Source: Anolis carolinensis (lineage: Eukaryota). Taken from it: a stretch of DNA of 64,000 nt. The stretch is from NCBI RefSeq assembly GCF_035594765.1, contig NC_085842.1:306017749-306081748 (forward strand), read 5' to 3'. The position numbers and the translations under genes were made by a program. Positions within the stretch are counted from its first letter, which is position 1. Every line of letters begins with the position of its first letter. The notes under the pieces are model-generated. The model was not told the DNA's origin. It saw only the letters and a program-made list of their open reading frames with translations, and searched no databases. This document shows, piece by piece, positions 25,812-39,990 of this stretch.

Positions 25812-26676
25812 TGTGATGACTCATGGGCCTTGTAGTCCTGTTCCTAGTACTATTGTGGCAGATGAAGAAGAAAACATGGGATTTTCGCCGGTTCACCCAG
25901 AGCCGGAGTCTCCTCACTTGCAGGATGTTGACATTTGCCCTCAAGAATTCAGCCAAACAGGCCTTGGGCAGAACTCCCCCCCGTTTTCCCGGAGGGACAA
26001 TTATAATAGAGATAGAGGAGCGAGGGAGGCTAATCGCAGGAGCCTGAGAATCGCTGCCAAACAAATGGCTGATTAGGTCTGCTTCCCTTGGGAAATTCTA
26101 AGGAGTCATGCATCTGGACAGAGTTGGGTTTCGTTTCTCGTTCTCTAGGGAAAGAGTTCTGTTGGCGGGAAAACGAGACCCAATATAGGTGTTTGTCGCA
26201 AGGGAAACTTTGCGGAGTCAATTGATCAGCTTGAGGAGAAAGATCGTGTGTGGACTTCGTAATCCCTGTTCCCTGCTTCCTGGATCAAGTTTCAAGTCTA
26301 GCCTTGTCTCATGTTTTGCCACGGACTTTGTTCATGCTTCATGTTTGCCTCATTTCAAGCCTTGGATCAAGTCAAGAATTAAGTTTAATTCCAGCCCTGT
26401 TGTCAAGCTTCATTGGACTTTAAAGACTCTGTTATTTCCCCACACTATTGCTTGGCAAGGTGTGTGTTTCGGTCAAGTGGATTAAAACTTTGAACTCTAA
26501 TATCTTATATTGGACAATACATTTCTGGACTATATTTGACCTCACCTGAAAGGTCTACTTCTGAACTTTATTCTTCACTTGTTTTTATTGATTTTATATA
26601 TTTCTTTAATAAAGATATTAGATAGTTTCTGGCCTCTGTGCAAGGTTATTGGTGCTCTGCAGCCTGGATCCTGACA
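25812..26676 (+). mobile_element. Solo LTR (865 bp)
   Basis: TG...CA ends, perfect 5-bp TSD AGGTG, AATAAA near 26608; empty site in the copy B and D flanks. Confidence 0.85.
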
Positions 26677-27072
26677 AGGTGTAATATGGAAAGACAGCTA
26701 AAACCAGGAATATCCACCTCCTTCTAAGAACACATTTTTACACTTGTCAAGTCAGAAAGGAGACAAGCTTTCATTTCTTTAGTTCCCATTCTATATTGAT
26801 CTAAACAAAAGTACATAAAATAGTATATGCAGTTTGTAAATGGATGACATTACGTTAAAGGGGCCCGGGCTGTGGCGCAGGCTGTTGAGCAACCAGCTGC
26901 AGCCAGTGCAACAAATCACTCTGACCAAAAGGTAATGAGTTCGAGACCAGCTCGGAGCCCCGTGTTTGTCTTTGTTCTATGTTAAGGCATTGAATGTTCG
27001 CCTTATATGTGTAATGTGATCCGCTCTGAGTCCCCTTCGGGGTGAGAAGGGCGGAATATAAATACTGTAAAA

Positions 27073-27107
<35 letters not shown>

Positions 27108-27423
27108 AGTACATAATTGTAGTTCATGTGTAAAAGCAATTTTGGGGGGAAGGCAGTTAGCTGTCATTTTAAAATGTATTTTAATATTTTAGTACGTGCA
27201 TTGTTTTAATTCATATTGTGTCACATTTGTTGGCACGGGCTTTGAGTCCCTACTGAGAAAAAGGTGTGTTAAAATAACAATAACAACAAGAACAATGAAA
27301 TACAGATAGCCTGAGAGATGAGTTTACACTAGGGCTTCCAGTACAGGAACATCCTTGATATTCCTAGACCAAAACAGGGGACAGACCCAGTGATATCGTA
27401 AAGTGTGATGCATTTACAGAATA

Positions 27424-27746
27424 CAGTAGAGTCTCACTTATCCAACATAAACGGGCCAGCAGAACGTTGGATAAGTGAATATGTTGGATAATAAGGAGAG
27501 ATTAAGGAAAAGCCTATTAAACATCAAATTAGGTTATGATTTTACAAATTAAGCACCAAAACATCATGTTATACAACAAATTTGACAGAAAAAGTAGTTC
27601 AATAAGCAGTAATGTTATGTTGTAATTACTGTATTTACAAAATTAGCACCAAAATATCACGATATATTGAAAACATTGACTACAAAAATGCGTTGGCTAA
27701 TCCAGAACGTTGGATAAGTGAGTGTTGGATAAGTGAGACTCTACTG
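27424..27746. mobile_element. Tc1/mariner-type MITE, same family
   Basis: Same TIRs and TA flanks; absent at the paralogous site near 43815. Confidence 0.9.
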
Positions 27747-30700
27747 TACATATTTCTCTTTAGGAGGTTATGACAGAAACCATAAAGGGGCCATTCTTAG
27801 TTCAGGGTGAAATGAATAGATTATTCTTCCTCACCCCCATAGGGAGATGGAATAAGGAAGATTTAATCTAGACTACTTGCTTGGGTGGAGATCACCAAGA
27901 AATACCAGAAGCCATAGGTTATATTTCTAGGCTTGACACCTCTAAATATTCCTTACAGAGGCCACAGCAGTTTGCTTTACCTCAATCTGTCAAGAAGGAC
28001 AAGATTCCACATATGTTTTTTCTACCCTCTTCCATCTATGTTTGCCTCATATGTTAGTAAAGTAAATATTACACAGTGCTTGCAATGCTTTTCACTCTAA
28101 GGAGACTATTTGCACTAGAAAAGTGGTTCCCAAGCTTTGGTCCTCCAGTTGTTTGGGACTTCAACTCCCAGAAGCCCTAGCCAGCTTAGTCAACGGTCAG
28201 GAATTCTAGGAGTTGAAGTCCAAAAATCTGGAGGACCAAAGGTTTGGGATCACTGCACTAGAACTATTTGATTTGAAACATCTCTGATAAGAATTCTGCT
28301 CCAATTGTACACAGAGGTTGCTATGTTTGGGGGGGGGGGGCAGTGTTGCTTACAAAATAAGTTTTTGGGGTGGGTGGGATGATATCATGGGAGATGTGGT
28401 TACAAAAATGTAGCTATGTGACTTGGCAACTCTGTATTTAATATTGTGAAAGAAATGTTTCTATAGCTTTCCAAGGTTTCTACCATGGATAAATTGTTTA
28501 AAACACTATCAATAATGCTATCAATAAAACTATGAATATTTGGTTGCTGTGTAAGTATGGCAATATGTTGACTCTGGATTTTTGTGTATAAATGGGTTTT
28601 CTATTTTTTAGGTAGGGTTCAACATAAATGAATAAATAAATAGATACGTGCTCATGCAAATCAGGCTTCACCTCGCCCTAGAAGCCCAGATGAGTAAATC
28701 GAGGCTGTCATCCTTTGGCCATAGCTTAATAAATGATTCACTAGAAAGGTCAATCCTGGTTGGAAAAGTGGAGGGTAGTAAGAAAAGAGATAGGATAACG
28801 CTGAATCAAGAAAAACATGGCTCTATGTGGGCAAGAGCTGACAAGGTGACACAAAGGTCTCTCATTCTTCTGGTCACCATACATTGACATTGATTTGAAG
28901 GCAGCAACAAGGGTTCAACACCTTGGCTACTTCATTTAAATTTCACATTCAAATCTAAAGGGGAATCACTGCCACATCAACATAGAAACCATCAACCATC
29001 ACTGAACAAGATGAAGGAAAAGCTAGTATATTCTGAATAAATTAAAACATGGGGACATCGTCACACCACACAAAAGGGACACAGACAGACAATAATATTA
29101 GATAGGGACTGACTGATGAATAAGGAAACAGTTGGATGCTATAGTCCCAAAGTTTGTTGTTTGTTATCAGTTGCCATTAAGTCCACTTTGACTTATAGCA
29201 ACCCTGTGCACAGGAGACATCCAAGTAACTCTTTCATCAATAACACTGCTCAGGTTTTGTAGATTTATTGTAATGGCTCTCTTGATAGAATCTATCTGTA
29301 TTGTGGTCACAATCACAAGCATTATTGTCTAATCAGTCATCTTCTCACAATATGTCCCAGGGTATGCTAGTCTCAATTTAGTCATCTTGACTTCAAGAGA
29401 GAGTTAAGGCTTGATTTGCTCTTGAACTCATTCATTTGTCTTTTTGGCAAACTATGATGTCCATAGTGCTTTTGTGCATTTCAAGTGAGTACATGCAAAG
29501 TGCAGAAGAATTTCTTCATTCAGATTTGTTGACATATAACTCTCATCCCATTATCCCCCAGTAAGCATAACCATGAAGATGACATATCTGATTGGGCAGC
29601 AGGATATCAGGAATCACATTGTTCATACATAAAGCTCAGCAGCTTTCTTGCCTCTCATTTTTAAAATGTTTGCAATGCCCTTCCACTCAGATAAGTGATT
29701 ACACTACTGTATTATTAATATACCTTCCCCATTTTAGCAGTCAATTTAATCCAATGGTAATATAAGCAAAATTCTAGGCCATATGACACTATGGGACAAG
29801 GATTAAAACCAAAATCATCTCACTGCATTTTTACTTATTTCATATATCTCCGAAAGTCATATTTATGCTGCTTTGTGATTCTGCTAACAAAGGTCCCCTA
29901 AAGTGGTTTACGTAATCAAGCCAGACAAAGCTTCATCAGATAGCAATAAATTAAAACTAAGCCATTCATGTTCAAAGGAGGAGAGTTAAACCTTCAATCC
30001 TTTATTTTAAAAATATTAAAAGACAAACAGAAAAAACATGCATTTTACCACCACCACCACGCTCCCCAACATCATCAGGGAAAAAGTTCCTCTTGCCTCC
30101 TTTGGGAGGGAGTTTTATAAGTGGGAATTCTATGGATGCACATTGCAAAGTCAAGCTTTTCTCAAGGAAACTTGGGAACTAGAGTTCTTTGAGAGCCAGT
30201 CTGTAGAGGCAGCATGGTGATGTGACTCGAATGTTAGACTACAGCTCTGTGAGATTAGGATTTGAACCCCTGCTTGGTCAAGGAAACCCACTGTGTGTCA
30301 TTGGGGATGTCACATTCTTTCCTCCTCAGATGAAGGCAAAGGCAAATCTGTATCCTATACAAATCTTGCCAAGAAAACTCTACATTGATGGTATCGTGAC
30401 TTTAGAATTTGACATAACTTGGAAATGACTTGAAGGCACACAACAACAACAAAACAACAACAACAGATTATAAGAACGCTCTGTGTGCATGGGATTATGA
30501 TTCCACAAATCCTTTGAGGAGCTGCTGGGCACAGGCCCAATCTGATCCACAAGCCGATTGCTCTTGTCTCTCCCTTTCCCAAATTATTTATCTCCAATCT
30601 CTGCAGGTCTCCTGAGAAGTTATTTCTCTAAGCAGCATCACGCAAATCTCATGAGAATTTCTCCGCCTGGGTTTTGATAATTTAAGTTGATGACCACCCT

Positions 30701-31131
30701 GAAAAAATGGTTCAGACTTAAGCATAGATTTGTCACATCACTAACATGGAAGCTGCCACCACAATTCCCCGTACCAGAACAGAAGGTTTAGATTCCAGGT
30801 CCCAGAAACTACAGCCAGTCTAAGGAGCAATTGATTGTGGAGACTGTCATCCCAAGCATTTGGAAGTCCGAATGTGGATTCCAGCACCCTCAAATGGAAG
30901 CTCTTTGGGCATTTTTAATTGTCAAGTGAGGCTTTGTACAGGTTAAGAATTCCATACCCAGAAACCCAAAATGATCAAATAACGAATATTGTCAAACTGG
31001 ATGGCCAAGGTAGTGACACATTTACTTTGTGATGATCTTAGTTTTGTGCATATTTTTAAAGAAGTATGCATTTCATGTTTAGAATTGGGTCTCATCTCCA
31101 AGATATTTCATTATGTATATATCTGCAAATA

Positions 31132-31442
31132 CAGTAGAGTCTCACTTATCCAACGTTCTGGATTATCCAATGCATTTTTGTAGTCAATGTTTTCAATACA
31201 TCGTGATATTTGGGTGCTAAATTTGTAAATACAGTAATTACTACATAGCATTACTGCGTATTGGACTACTTTTTCTGTCAAATTTGTTGTATAGCATGAT
31301 GTTTTCATGCTTAATTTGTAAAATCATAACCTAATTTGATGTTTAATAGGCTTTTCCTTAATCCCCCCCCCTTATTATCCAACATAGTCACTTATCCAAC
31401 ATTCTGCCGGCCCGTTTATGTTGGATAAGTGAGACTCTACTG
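31132..31442. mobile_element. Tc1/mariner-type MITE, same family
   Basis: Same TIRs and TA flanks. Confidence 0.9.
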
Positions 31443-34400
31443 TATTAGTATTCCAAAATGGGGGGATTCCAAATCTAAAACACTTTGGGAGAAGACTATT
31501 CAATCTATAGTGGACTGCATTTCTTATAGTTCAGAGGACGAGGGGACAAATACTAGTTCCATTTCTAAAGTTGAACCCATTTTGACCTGTAAAACCAGTA
31601 CTACTCAATGAGGAGGTCCATGGACCTGTGCCAACCCATGAAGTATTGGCTACCAATCGATGATAAGTTTCTATGGAAAAAAGAAACAGTTGTACTCAAT
31701 GGGCAGCTATATGATGCCAGTTCTGGGCACACTGAAGGAAAACGCTTGCTGTTCCTGCACATCAGAAAGCTTAAAAACACTGATGTAAATCATTTGGATT
31801 AGAGACCATCTGGGTGATGTATGAAAGCAGCTCTGAGCTCTGTAGAGAAAGGGCGAGGCATGTGGATAATTGATAAATAGATCAAAGCACATAGATGCTA
31901 GATTTTTTTTAAAAGCTCACACACATTCAGTATTTACATGGTGAAGAATCAAGGAGGAAGCAGGAATTGAATATTAGGTATTTCAAAACTTTTTAAAAAA
32001 CAGACTTTGAGTCAAGAAATACTTTTAATAAATTTAAAATTCCCATGGCCAAGCTTAATCACTTTAACATCTGGCCTGGAATCCTGTTGCTGTCTTATGC
32101 ATGTACAAGTTCCCTCATGGAAGTGGTTGGAATCCAATGCAGAAGAGTCATATTCAGGTCACTGCAACAGAAGTAGAATTATGCATGCTGTACTATTGCA
32201 CATAAATGCATTGTATGCATTGATGTGAGATCACTTAGTACATGGTTGTACATGGTTGCACATTTACATAATGTGTGCTGATGCTTGTGCTTATTTGGTT
32301 GTGCTTCTGTTTTCCAACAGCACAATTCACCAATGTGAATTTGCACACCAGCTTCGTAACTACGACTGTACAGTTACGATCTGTCTTCTTGATGTAGGAT
32401 CTCAGTCCTGATCTGAGTGGAAGAAATCTAAAGTGATTAATAGGGATAAACTCTGTTGGAATTGCTTGTTACCCTTAAGAATGCTTACAGAGCAAAGGAA
32501 ATCAATGAAACATTAGCTAAGACAGGGAAAACCATTGCTAGATTTTCACAATATGACCCAGTCCTGAATGAGAATAATGGTATATATACGCCAGAAAAGT
32601 TCTATCATATATAGTAGGAATGCCTGCTAACCAAGTTGGTATTTTATTATAAAATATCTTTAATTCCATTAAAATGTTTATTTCATGAATGCAAACAAAT
32701 AAATCTACTCATTTCCTCTGATTTTAACTGCTGTTTTTAAATATGATAGCTCAATTTTGTTTAAATTGGGATTAATGTTTAGGTGTATTCTCCTTTACTC
32801 CTTATAAGCCACATTGCATCCTGCAATGTAAACAAACAAACAAACAAACTGTTATGCTTTTCTCTTGAGTTAAAGAGATCAATTAAATAACTAATGTCTT
32901 AAGGAATTAGCATCCTATAAGGCTATCACAGCTGTTAGGATTTTTCCTTTATATTTATTTCTATTTATTTATTAGTTAACCAGTTTAATAATATTTTGTG
33001 TGACTCTTATTAAAAGACTAAGAGCCATAAGAAGGAAGAGAGGAAGAGGCTGTGGGCTCCCCCTTTATCCCCATCAACAATAACCACCTGGAGAACAGAG
33101 TGAGGATGCTTATGGGTCACTGGGCTACCATCTTCCACACAATAGGAAGATATATAGTGGACATATCATGAGACGGCATGACTCACTATAAAAGTCAATA
33201 ATGCTCGGTAAGGCAGAAGGTAGTAGGAAAAGATGAAGACAGAATTACAGATGGATAACCTTATTCAAGGAGCTTGTGGTCCTGACATTGTAAGATCTGA
33301 ACAGGTTGTTGAGGACAGGAGATCTCTCATTCATAAGGTCATCAGAAACTGAACTCAATTTTATGGCAATTAGCAGCAACAAACTTGGGTTAACAATAGG
33401 ATTTGCGCAGGGACTGTACAGTAGGGCTGTAAATTATGTGAAGAATATTGGAAATTACAACGTTCTTCAAGCCTCCTCTAGTAATTTGTTAATCTATTAT
33501 TCTATTTGCTTTCTGTTTTATATGTACGTTCTGATATGCAGCTTCTTTTGCTCTATGTTTCCTGAGAAGTTGTGGGAGGGGCTGCAGACCACATGATCTG
33601 ATCTTAGACTGCTCAGACCTCAGACTCCATTTTAGATTCTTCTTAGACTTTGGACTACTAAGAGCAAACACCTGTTCTTGTTGTAAGAAAAATGCCCTAT
33701 GCCATCTGCACAGAGAAACTATCTCAAACATATCTGAAAGGGGGCTGATAAACTATGTATCTGTGTTATGCTGAACACATGAAGGATGTGAGTAAACCAA
33801 ATATGTTATTTTACCAAAGCCTATTTCATTTTTGTCTCTTAAGTGCATGATATAAAACTAGTTGTTTTTATGGGAGAGTAGATATATTTTTGGCCACTGA
33901 ATAACTCTTCTGAAACTCCGCTATTTTGTGCATAGGCATATTTTCTGTTTTCCTAACAGATCAGACAATAGGTTCAGTCTAACAACTGAAGAAATTGCCT
34001 TGCACATTACATTTGGTTGTATACTATATGAGAAGATTCTACTCAAATGGGTTTTTGCCTCTTTTCTGAAAGATTGAACTTTTCCAAAAAGTTATGATCT
34101 ACAAATGGCTATGTCTTGGACTTCTGAGTGAAGCATACTATAGAAAATACCTAGAGCTCTCTAGAGCTGATATTCCCAAATTTTGCAGCAATCTCTAATT
34201 GCATTTCAATTCAGCATTTGAGCAGAAACAAGGAATACACATAGCTGGGTTTCAACTCTGGAGAACAGGGTTCAAGTCAGGGGATGCTGTGGTTTTTAGT
34301 TTTGAATATGTTTTTATGGATTTTAACTGAATTTTAAAATAGCAATGATCCCTTAAGGAACCACATGTAATACACCAATATGTAATCAGTGCAATACGTT

Positions 34401-36008
34401 TTTACACTGATTACATATAGATTATCTATATAAAATAGAGCTCAGTAACATTGGGCTCTTCAGATGCTTGGGGCATTAACCTCCATTTGCCCCAGTCAGC
34501 ATGGCGGATGCTAAGAGATTATGAGAGTTTTCATCCAAGACAGCTGGTAGCCCATTGGCCACTTTCCACTGGAATAAAAGAATGTTAGTACTTAGCTATT
34601 CACATTGTTCCTCAAGTTCGTTATTTTTTAAAATTGAATTGGAAATTTATCCAAAGAGATGGCCCCATTAAGGGAATGGGCATTTTTCTCCACCCTTATA
34701 GCTTCTCTATAAATTAAGATGAAGTAATGAAATTAACAACCTACAGGGCGCTCAACACATTCAGAAATGTCCTCAGGTAACCAATTACCAAGTCCTCGGG
34801 GCACTTCATTCATAATTGCTTAGGGGTTACAATCACGGAGGCTATGGAACAGCAGGGAAAAAAGAGTTAAACTTCGGCCCATGGGCAAGCACCTTATTAA
34901 GACTCAACTTAAAGAAAAGTTAAGGAAAAATCTTCCCAGGAGCTGTCAACTCTTGTCAGGTTCACTTGGCCAAAATGAAGGTTCAGGAACCAGTTCTCTG
35001 AGGGTGCAGGAAGCGGGTTAAGCCTTTGGCATCCTATTTCGATTGCAAGCCATGCTCCTTAGATTGAAATGAAGAAATGAACTTGTAGGAAACATGATGT
35101 CATTGTCACAGGCTTTGTACCCTGGCACTCAGAGGTTGCTTTGAGCCAAACACTGGCAACCGTGGGGAGAAGATTTTTGTCTGTTGATGGCCAACTGCTG
35201 ACAGCAGGTGAAACTGGGTACCAGGGAGGCAAAATGACATTGTTGCCCTCAAAAGCAAAATCTGTCCTTTCCCTAGTGAATTTACCCTTCAGTCCCTACA
35301 TGTCTAACATTGCAGAAAATAAGACAATGGATAGTGTTCACACCAAGAACTCTTATATTTGCCATGTTTGAATTTCCTTGTAACTTTGCCTGCCCCTTTC
35401 TTGAAATGCCAAAACTGAAATTTTATGTTACTGCAATGCTAGAAATTTAAGGGGAAATTCATCGTGGAGGCAGCATTCTTAGCAAATGGCAAATGTTACA
35501 GATATACAGCTTTTCTACAGGATCATTTTGCTGTATCCCATCAATATAGGGAAAGACTATGGCATTATAAGGAGAAGATTTTATATTCAGATCCTGGAAT
35601 CCACTCCTTCCTCCCTCCCTCCCTCCCTCCCTCCCTTCCTTCCTTCCTTCCTTACTTACTTACTTAAAAAGGATCAAGGAAAGACCTTCTGGTTGACACT
35701 CTGGAAGACAGAGCAATTAATTTTCTACTACAGATGCAGGTTCCCTCCTAGCTTCCTGTAATATCCAGAAGTAACACCGGTGAGATTAAGATAATTTCTG
35801 GACCTGAGCCTGCTTGCTGCATCCAGACCAATAAAGTCATCAATCCATTCTGCTTCAGCACAGTTTAGTTTGCTACAGAAGGATGCTCTGCTCAGATTGT
35901 TGTGTATGAAACTCAAGCTAAAGATGTTGAAATTTCTGGATCTGATATCAGAACAAAGCTGAATACACCGGATTCTGAATTCAGAATCCAGTTATTTTCA
36001 GACAACAT

Positions 36009-37764
36009 AGAATCATAGAATCATAGAATAGTAGAGTTGGAAGAGACCACATGGGCCATCCAGTCCAACCCCCTGCTAAGAAGCAGGAAATCGCATTCAA
36101 AGCACCCCCGACAGATGGCCATCCAGCCTCTGCTTAAAAGCCTCCAAAGAAGGAGCCTCCACCACGGCCCCGGGGAGAGAGTTCCACTGTCGAACAGCTC
36201 TCACAGTGAGGAAGTTCTTCCTGATGTTCAGGTGGAATCTCCTTTCCTGTAGTTTGAAGCCATTGTTCCGTGTCCTAGTCTGCAGGGCAGCAGAAAACAA
36301 GCTTGCTCCCTCCTCCCTATGACTTCCCTTCACATATTTGTACATGGCTATCATGTCTCCTCTCAGCCTTCTCTTCTGCAGGCTAAACATGCCCAGCTCT
36401 TTAAGCCGCTCCTCATAGGGCTTGTTCTCCAGACCCTTAATCATTTTAGTCGCCCTCCTCTGGACGCTTTCCAGCTTGTCAGCATCTCCCTTCAACTGTG
36501 GTGCCCAAAATTGGACACAGTATTCCAGGTGTGGTCTGACCAAGGCAGAATAGAGGGGGAGCATGACTTCCCTGGATCTAGACGCTATTCCCCTATTGAT
36601 GCAGGCCAGAATCCCATTGGCTTTTTTAGCAGCCGCATCACATTGTTGGCTCATGTTTAACTTGTTGTCCACAAGGACTCCAAGGTCTTTTTCGCACACA
36701 CTGCTGTCAAGCCAGGCGTCCCCCATTCTGTATCTTTGATTTCCATTTTTTCTGCCGAAGTGAAGTATCTTGCATTTGTCCCTGTTGAACTTCATTTTGT
36801 TAGTTTTGGCCCATCTCTCTAGTCTGTCAAGATCGTTTTGAATTCTGCTCCTGTCTTCTGGAGTGTTAGCTATCCCTCCCAGTTTTGTGTCGTCTGCAAA
36901 CTTGATGATCGTGCCTTCTAACCCTTCGTCTAAGTCGTTAATAAAGATGTTGAACAGAACTGGGCCCAGGACAGAACCCTGCGGCATTCCACTTGTCACT
37001 TCTTTCCATGATGAAGGCGACGCATTGGTGAGCACCCTTTGGGTTCGTTCGCTTAGCCAATTACAGATCCACCTAACCGTAGTTTTGTCTAGCCCACATT
37101 TTACTAGTTTGTTTGCCAGAAGGTCGTGGGGGACTTTGTCGAAGGCCTTACTGAAATCCAGGTACGCTACATCCACAGCATTCCCTGTATCGACCCAACT
37201 TGTAACTCTATCGAAAAAAGAGATCAGATTAGTCTGGCATGACTTGTTTTTGGTAAATCCGTGTTGACTATTAGCAATGACCGCATTTGTTTCTAAGTGT
37301 TCGCAGACCACTTCCTTAATGATCTTTTCCAGAATTTTGCCTGGTATTGATGTGAGGCTGACCGGACGGTAATTGTTTGGGTCGTTCTTTTTTCCCTTCT
37401 TGAAGATAGGGACCACATTCGCCCTCCTCCAATCTGCTGGGACTTCTCCCGTTCTCCAAGAACTCTCGAAGATAATTGCCAGTGGTTCTGAAATAACTTC
37501 CGCTAGTTCCTTCAGTAGTCTTGGATGTAGCTGATCTGGCCCTGGGGACTTGAATTCGTTTAGAGTGGCCAGGTGTTCCTGGACAACTTGTTTCCCTATT
37601 TGGGGTTGGATTTCCCCCAATCCTTCGTCCATTCCATGTTGCTGAGGTTGAAGGTGGCTTTCTTTTTGTGAGAAGACCGAGGCAAAGAAGGCATTAAGTA
37701 GTTCTGCCTTTTCCCTGTCCCCTGTCGCCATCACCCCATCTTCTCCTTGCAATGGCCCTATCGT
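36009..37764 (-). mobile_element. CR1 LINE, 5'-truncated, with uninterrupted ORF2 reverse-transcriptase region
   Basis: 557-aa frame with [29 protein letters not shown] and FADD motifs; (ATTCTATG)n 3' tail; CAACAT flanks both ends. Confidence 0.97.
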
Positions 37765-39576
37765 CAACATTCTTCATAGAGACAATGCTGAAATAATCCA
37801 TGGAAGATAGTTTGGCGTATATGTCAAGCCTGCAGAAATCACCAGGTCCCACCTGATCTTGGAAGCTAAGCATGGTTAGTACTGGGATGGGAAGCCTCCA
37901 ATGAATACCAAACACTGTATGCTATTTTTCAGGGAACAATCTGACAACACCACCTATAAAATAAATGGATTGCCACAGGTCAACAAGTGACTTGAAGGCA
38001 CACACAAAGAAAGAAAGGAAAGCTTATATGAGATACACTTGTGTTCACATCCCCACAGTACTATGAAACTTTCTGAGCCTAAACCACTTATCACAATTAA
38101 GAGTAAAATGGAATGACCTCCAATACATTGCTTTAGGTTTCTTATAAGGATAGAATATGTATATAATGATTTAACTGTGTTTTACAATTTGGTCTAAAGC
38201 AATGCAATACACTTTTGGTTAAAATGATGTCTATTTTAAAAAAATTAATAGCTTTCAGAAGATATCTCCAGGATTTACTGTGCAAGAGGCCCTGGGTTTT
38301 GGTGCAAGACTTAAACCTCCAGGGGTATTTGGGGCAGTCTTATATGACAAAACATGTCCTTAATGAACCTTAATCCTATTAATGGGATTGTCAGGGCAGA
38401 TTTGTCATTGAAAAGATGTTTTCATCCATGAGACTTATAGCTTGTTCATAAGTGAAACTACTCCATTGGTATGGAAAGGGAATAGAATGGTAAATATCAC
38501 TCCGTATGAGATTTGAAATATGCAGTGGCTGTCTTTGCTACATGTTTATATGGTTGTTTTGTAGGAAAATGCACATCTATCCAAAGCTAGTCCACAAGAA
38601 TTTGTGGCTTCATCACTCCCTAGGACCCCTGCTTAGACATTGCAAACATTATTGAACCCATAAAGTTGTATTATTTTCACTCAGAAACATAACCTTTGTC
38701 TTGCTTTTTATTTGGAAACACTGAACTGAAAAGGTAGGATGCTACTCTCCAGAAGCATCCTCCGTCTAGTTTCATCCAAACTTTTAACAATTGTCTTTGT
38801 TACATTATTTGCCAAGGATGTATTTTAAAATATTTTCAATATTATCAGTATTGTTACGTTTAATATATTGCAGGCCTGTAGGCCCATCTTCATGTCCATC
38901 AATGATGGGCAGGCATAGCTGCCAAGGCCTTTTCTTCTCCTGAAGGAAGTAACATACAGCCCAATCCTTATTTATATTCCAATTAAATTAATCTTTAAAA
39001 AGTTGTGATTCCACGTTTTGGTAAAGGGATGGTGCTACATTATTACACCGTTGCTCTCTTTAGTTTTGTTCTTGTACATTTTCTTTTGTATTGGCTGGGA
39101 TTGCTTTTCTTGAGTGAACTGAGAGGCCTTTACCATTGAAGGTAGCATATACTGTATATTTCTCAGACAAATAAAGGGTTATGCAAACAACTGAAAGGAA
39201 GCAGATGCTAAAGCCAAATATTTTCAACAGGGGATGTGTGTTACTCTGTTCTTAGGGCAAGACACCTTTGCACCTCAAATCATAAAGTGGAAGAACCGAA
39301 CCTGACTTTTTTGCCAATTGTGTGGCTGCAATTGGCTGTCTTTTCTTTTCTTGAATATATGCATGTAATTAGCTGCTTTGGGAAGGCTTGGGCATGAAAA
39401 CTCTGGAGGTGAGATGAGAAAGAGTTTAACTCTCTTTCACTTACGTCCACAATCCTGTTCATAGGACAAGACTGATGTTGGTTCTTTATTCCCAATTCCT
39501 TATTTGCACAAATCAAAACCACAATCTTCAAGGCCTCCACTAGTTGAGTTTTGTTGGAGGAAGTTGTTCATAGCTA

Positions 39577-39990
39577 CCGTGTTTCCCCGAAAATAAGACA
39601 GTGTCTTATATTAATTTTTGCTCCCAAAGATGTGCTAGGTCTTATTTTCAAGGGACGTCTTATTTTTCCATGAAGAAGAATTCACATTTATTGTTGAACA
39701 AAAAATGAACATTTATTATATACTGTACAGTAGTTGTCATCACAACATAACCAGACAAACTGTGAATCCTATCAAGATTTTCTTGTTACTACCATTATTT
39801 CCATGTACAACTGGTATGTACATTTACCAATCCTGCATGCTATGGTGTTCTGTTTGGCAGGCACTGGGCATGCTACCAAACAAAAACTTTGCTAGGTCTT
39901 ACTTTCGGGGGAAGTGTTATATTTAGCAATTCAGCCAAACTTCTACTAGGTCTTATTTTTCGGGGATGTCTTATTTTCAGGGAAACAGGG
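39577..39990. mobile_element. pogo/Tigger-like non-autonomous DNA transposon
   Basis: TIR CCGTGTTTCCCCGAAAATAAGAC with internal TCTTATTTT repeats; empty paralogous site near 50350. Confidence 0.82.

Noticed and set aside
36319-37267. + strand ORFs of 113 and 134 aa
   Set aside because: They are antisense shadows of CR1 ORF2.
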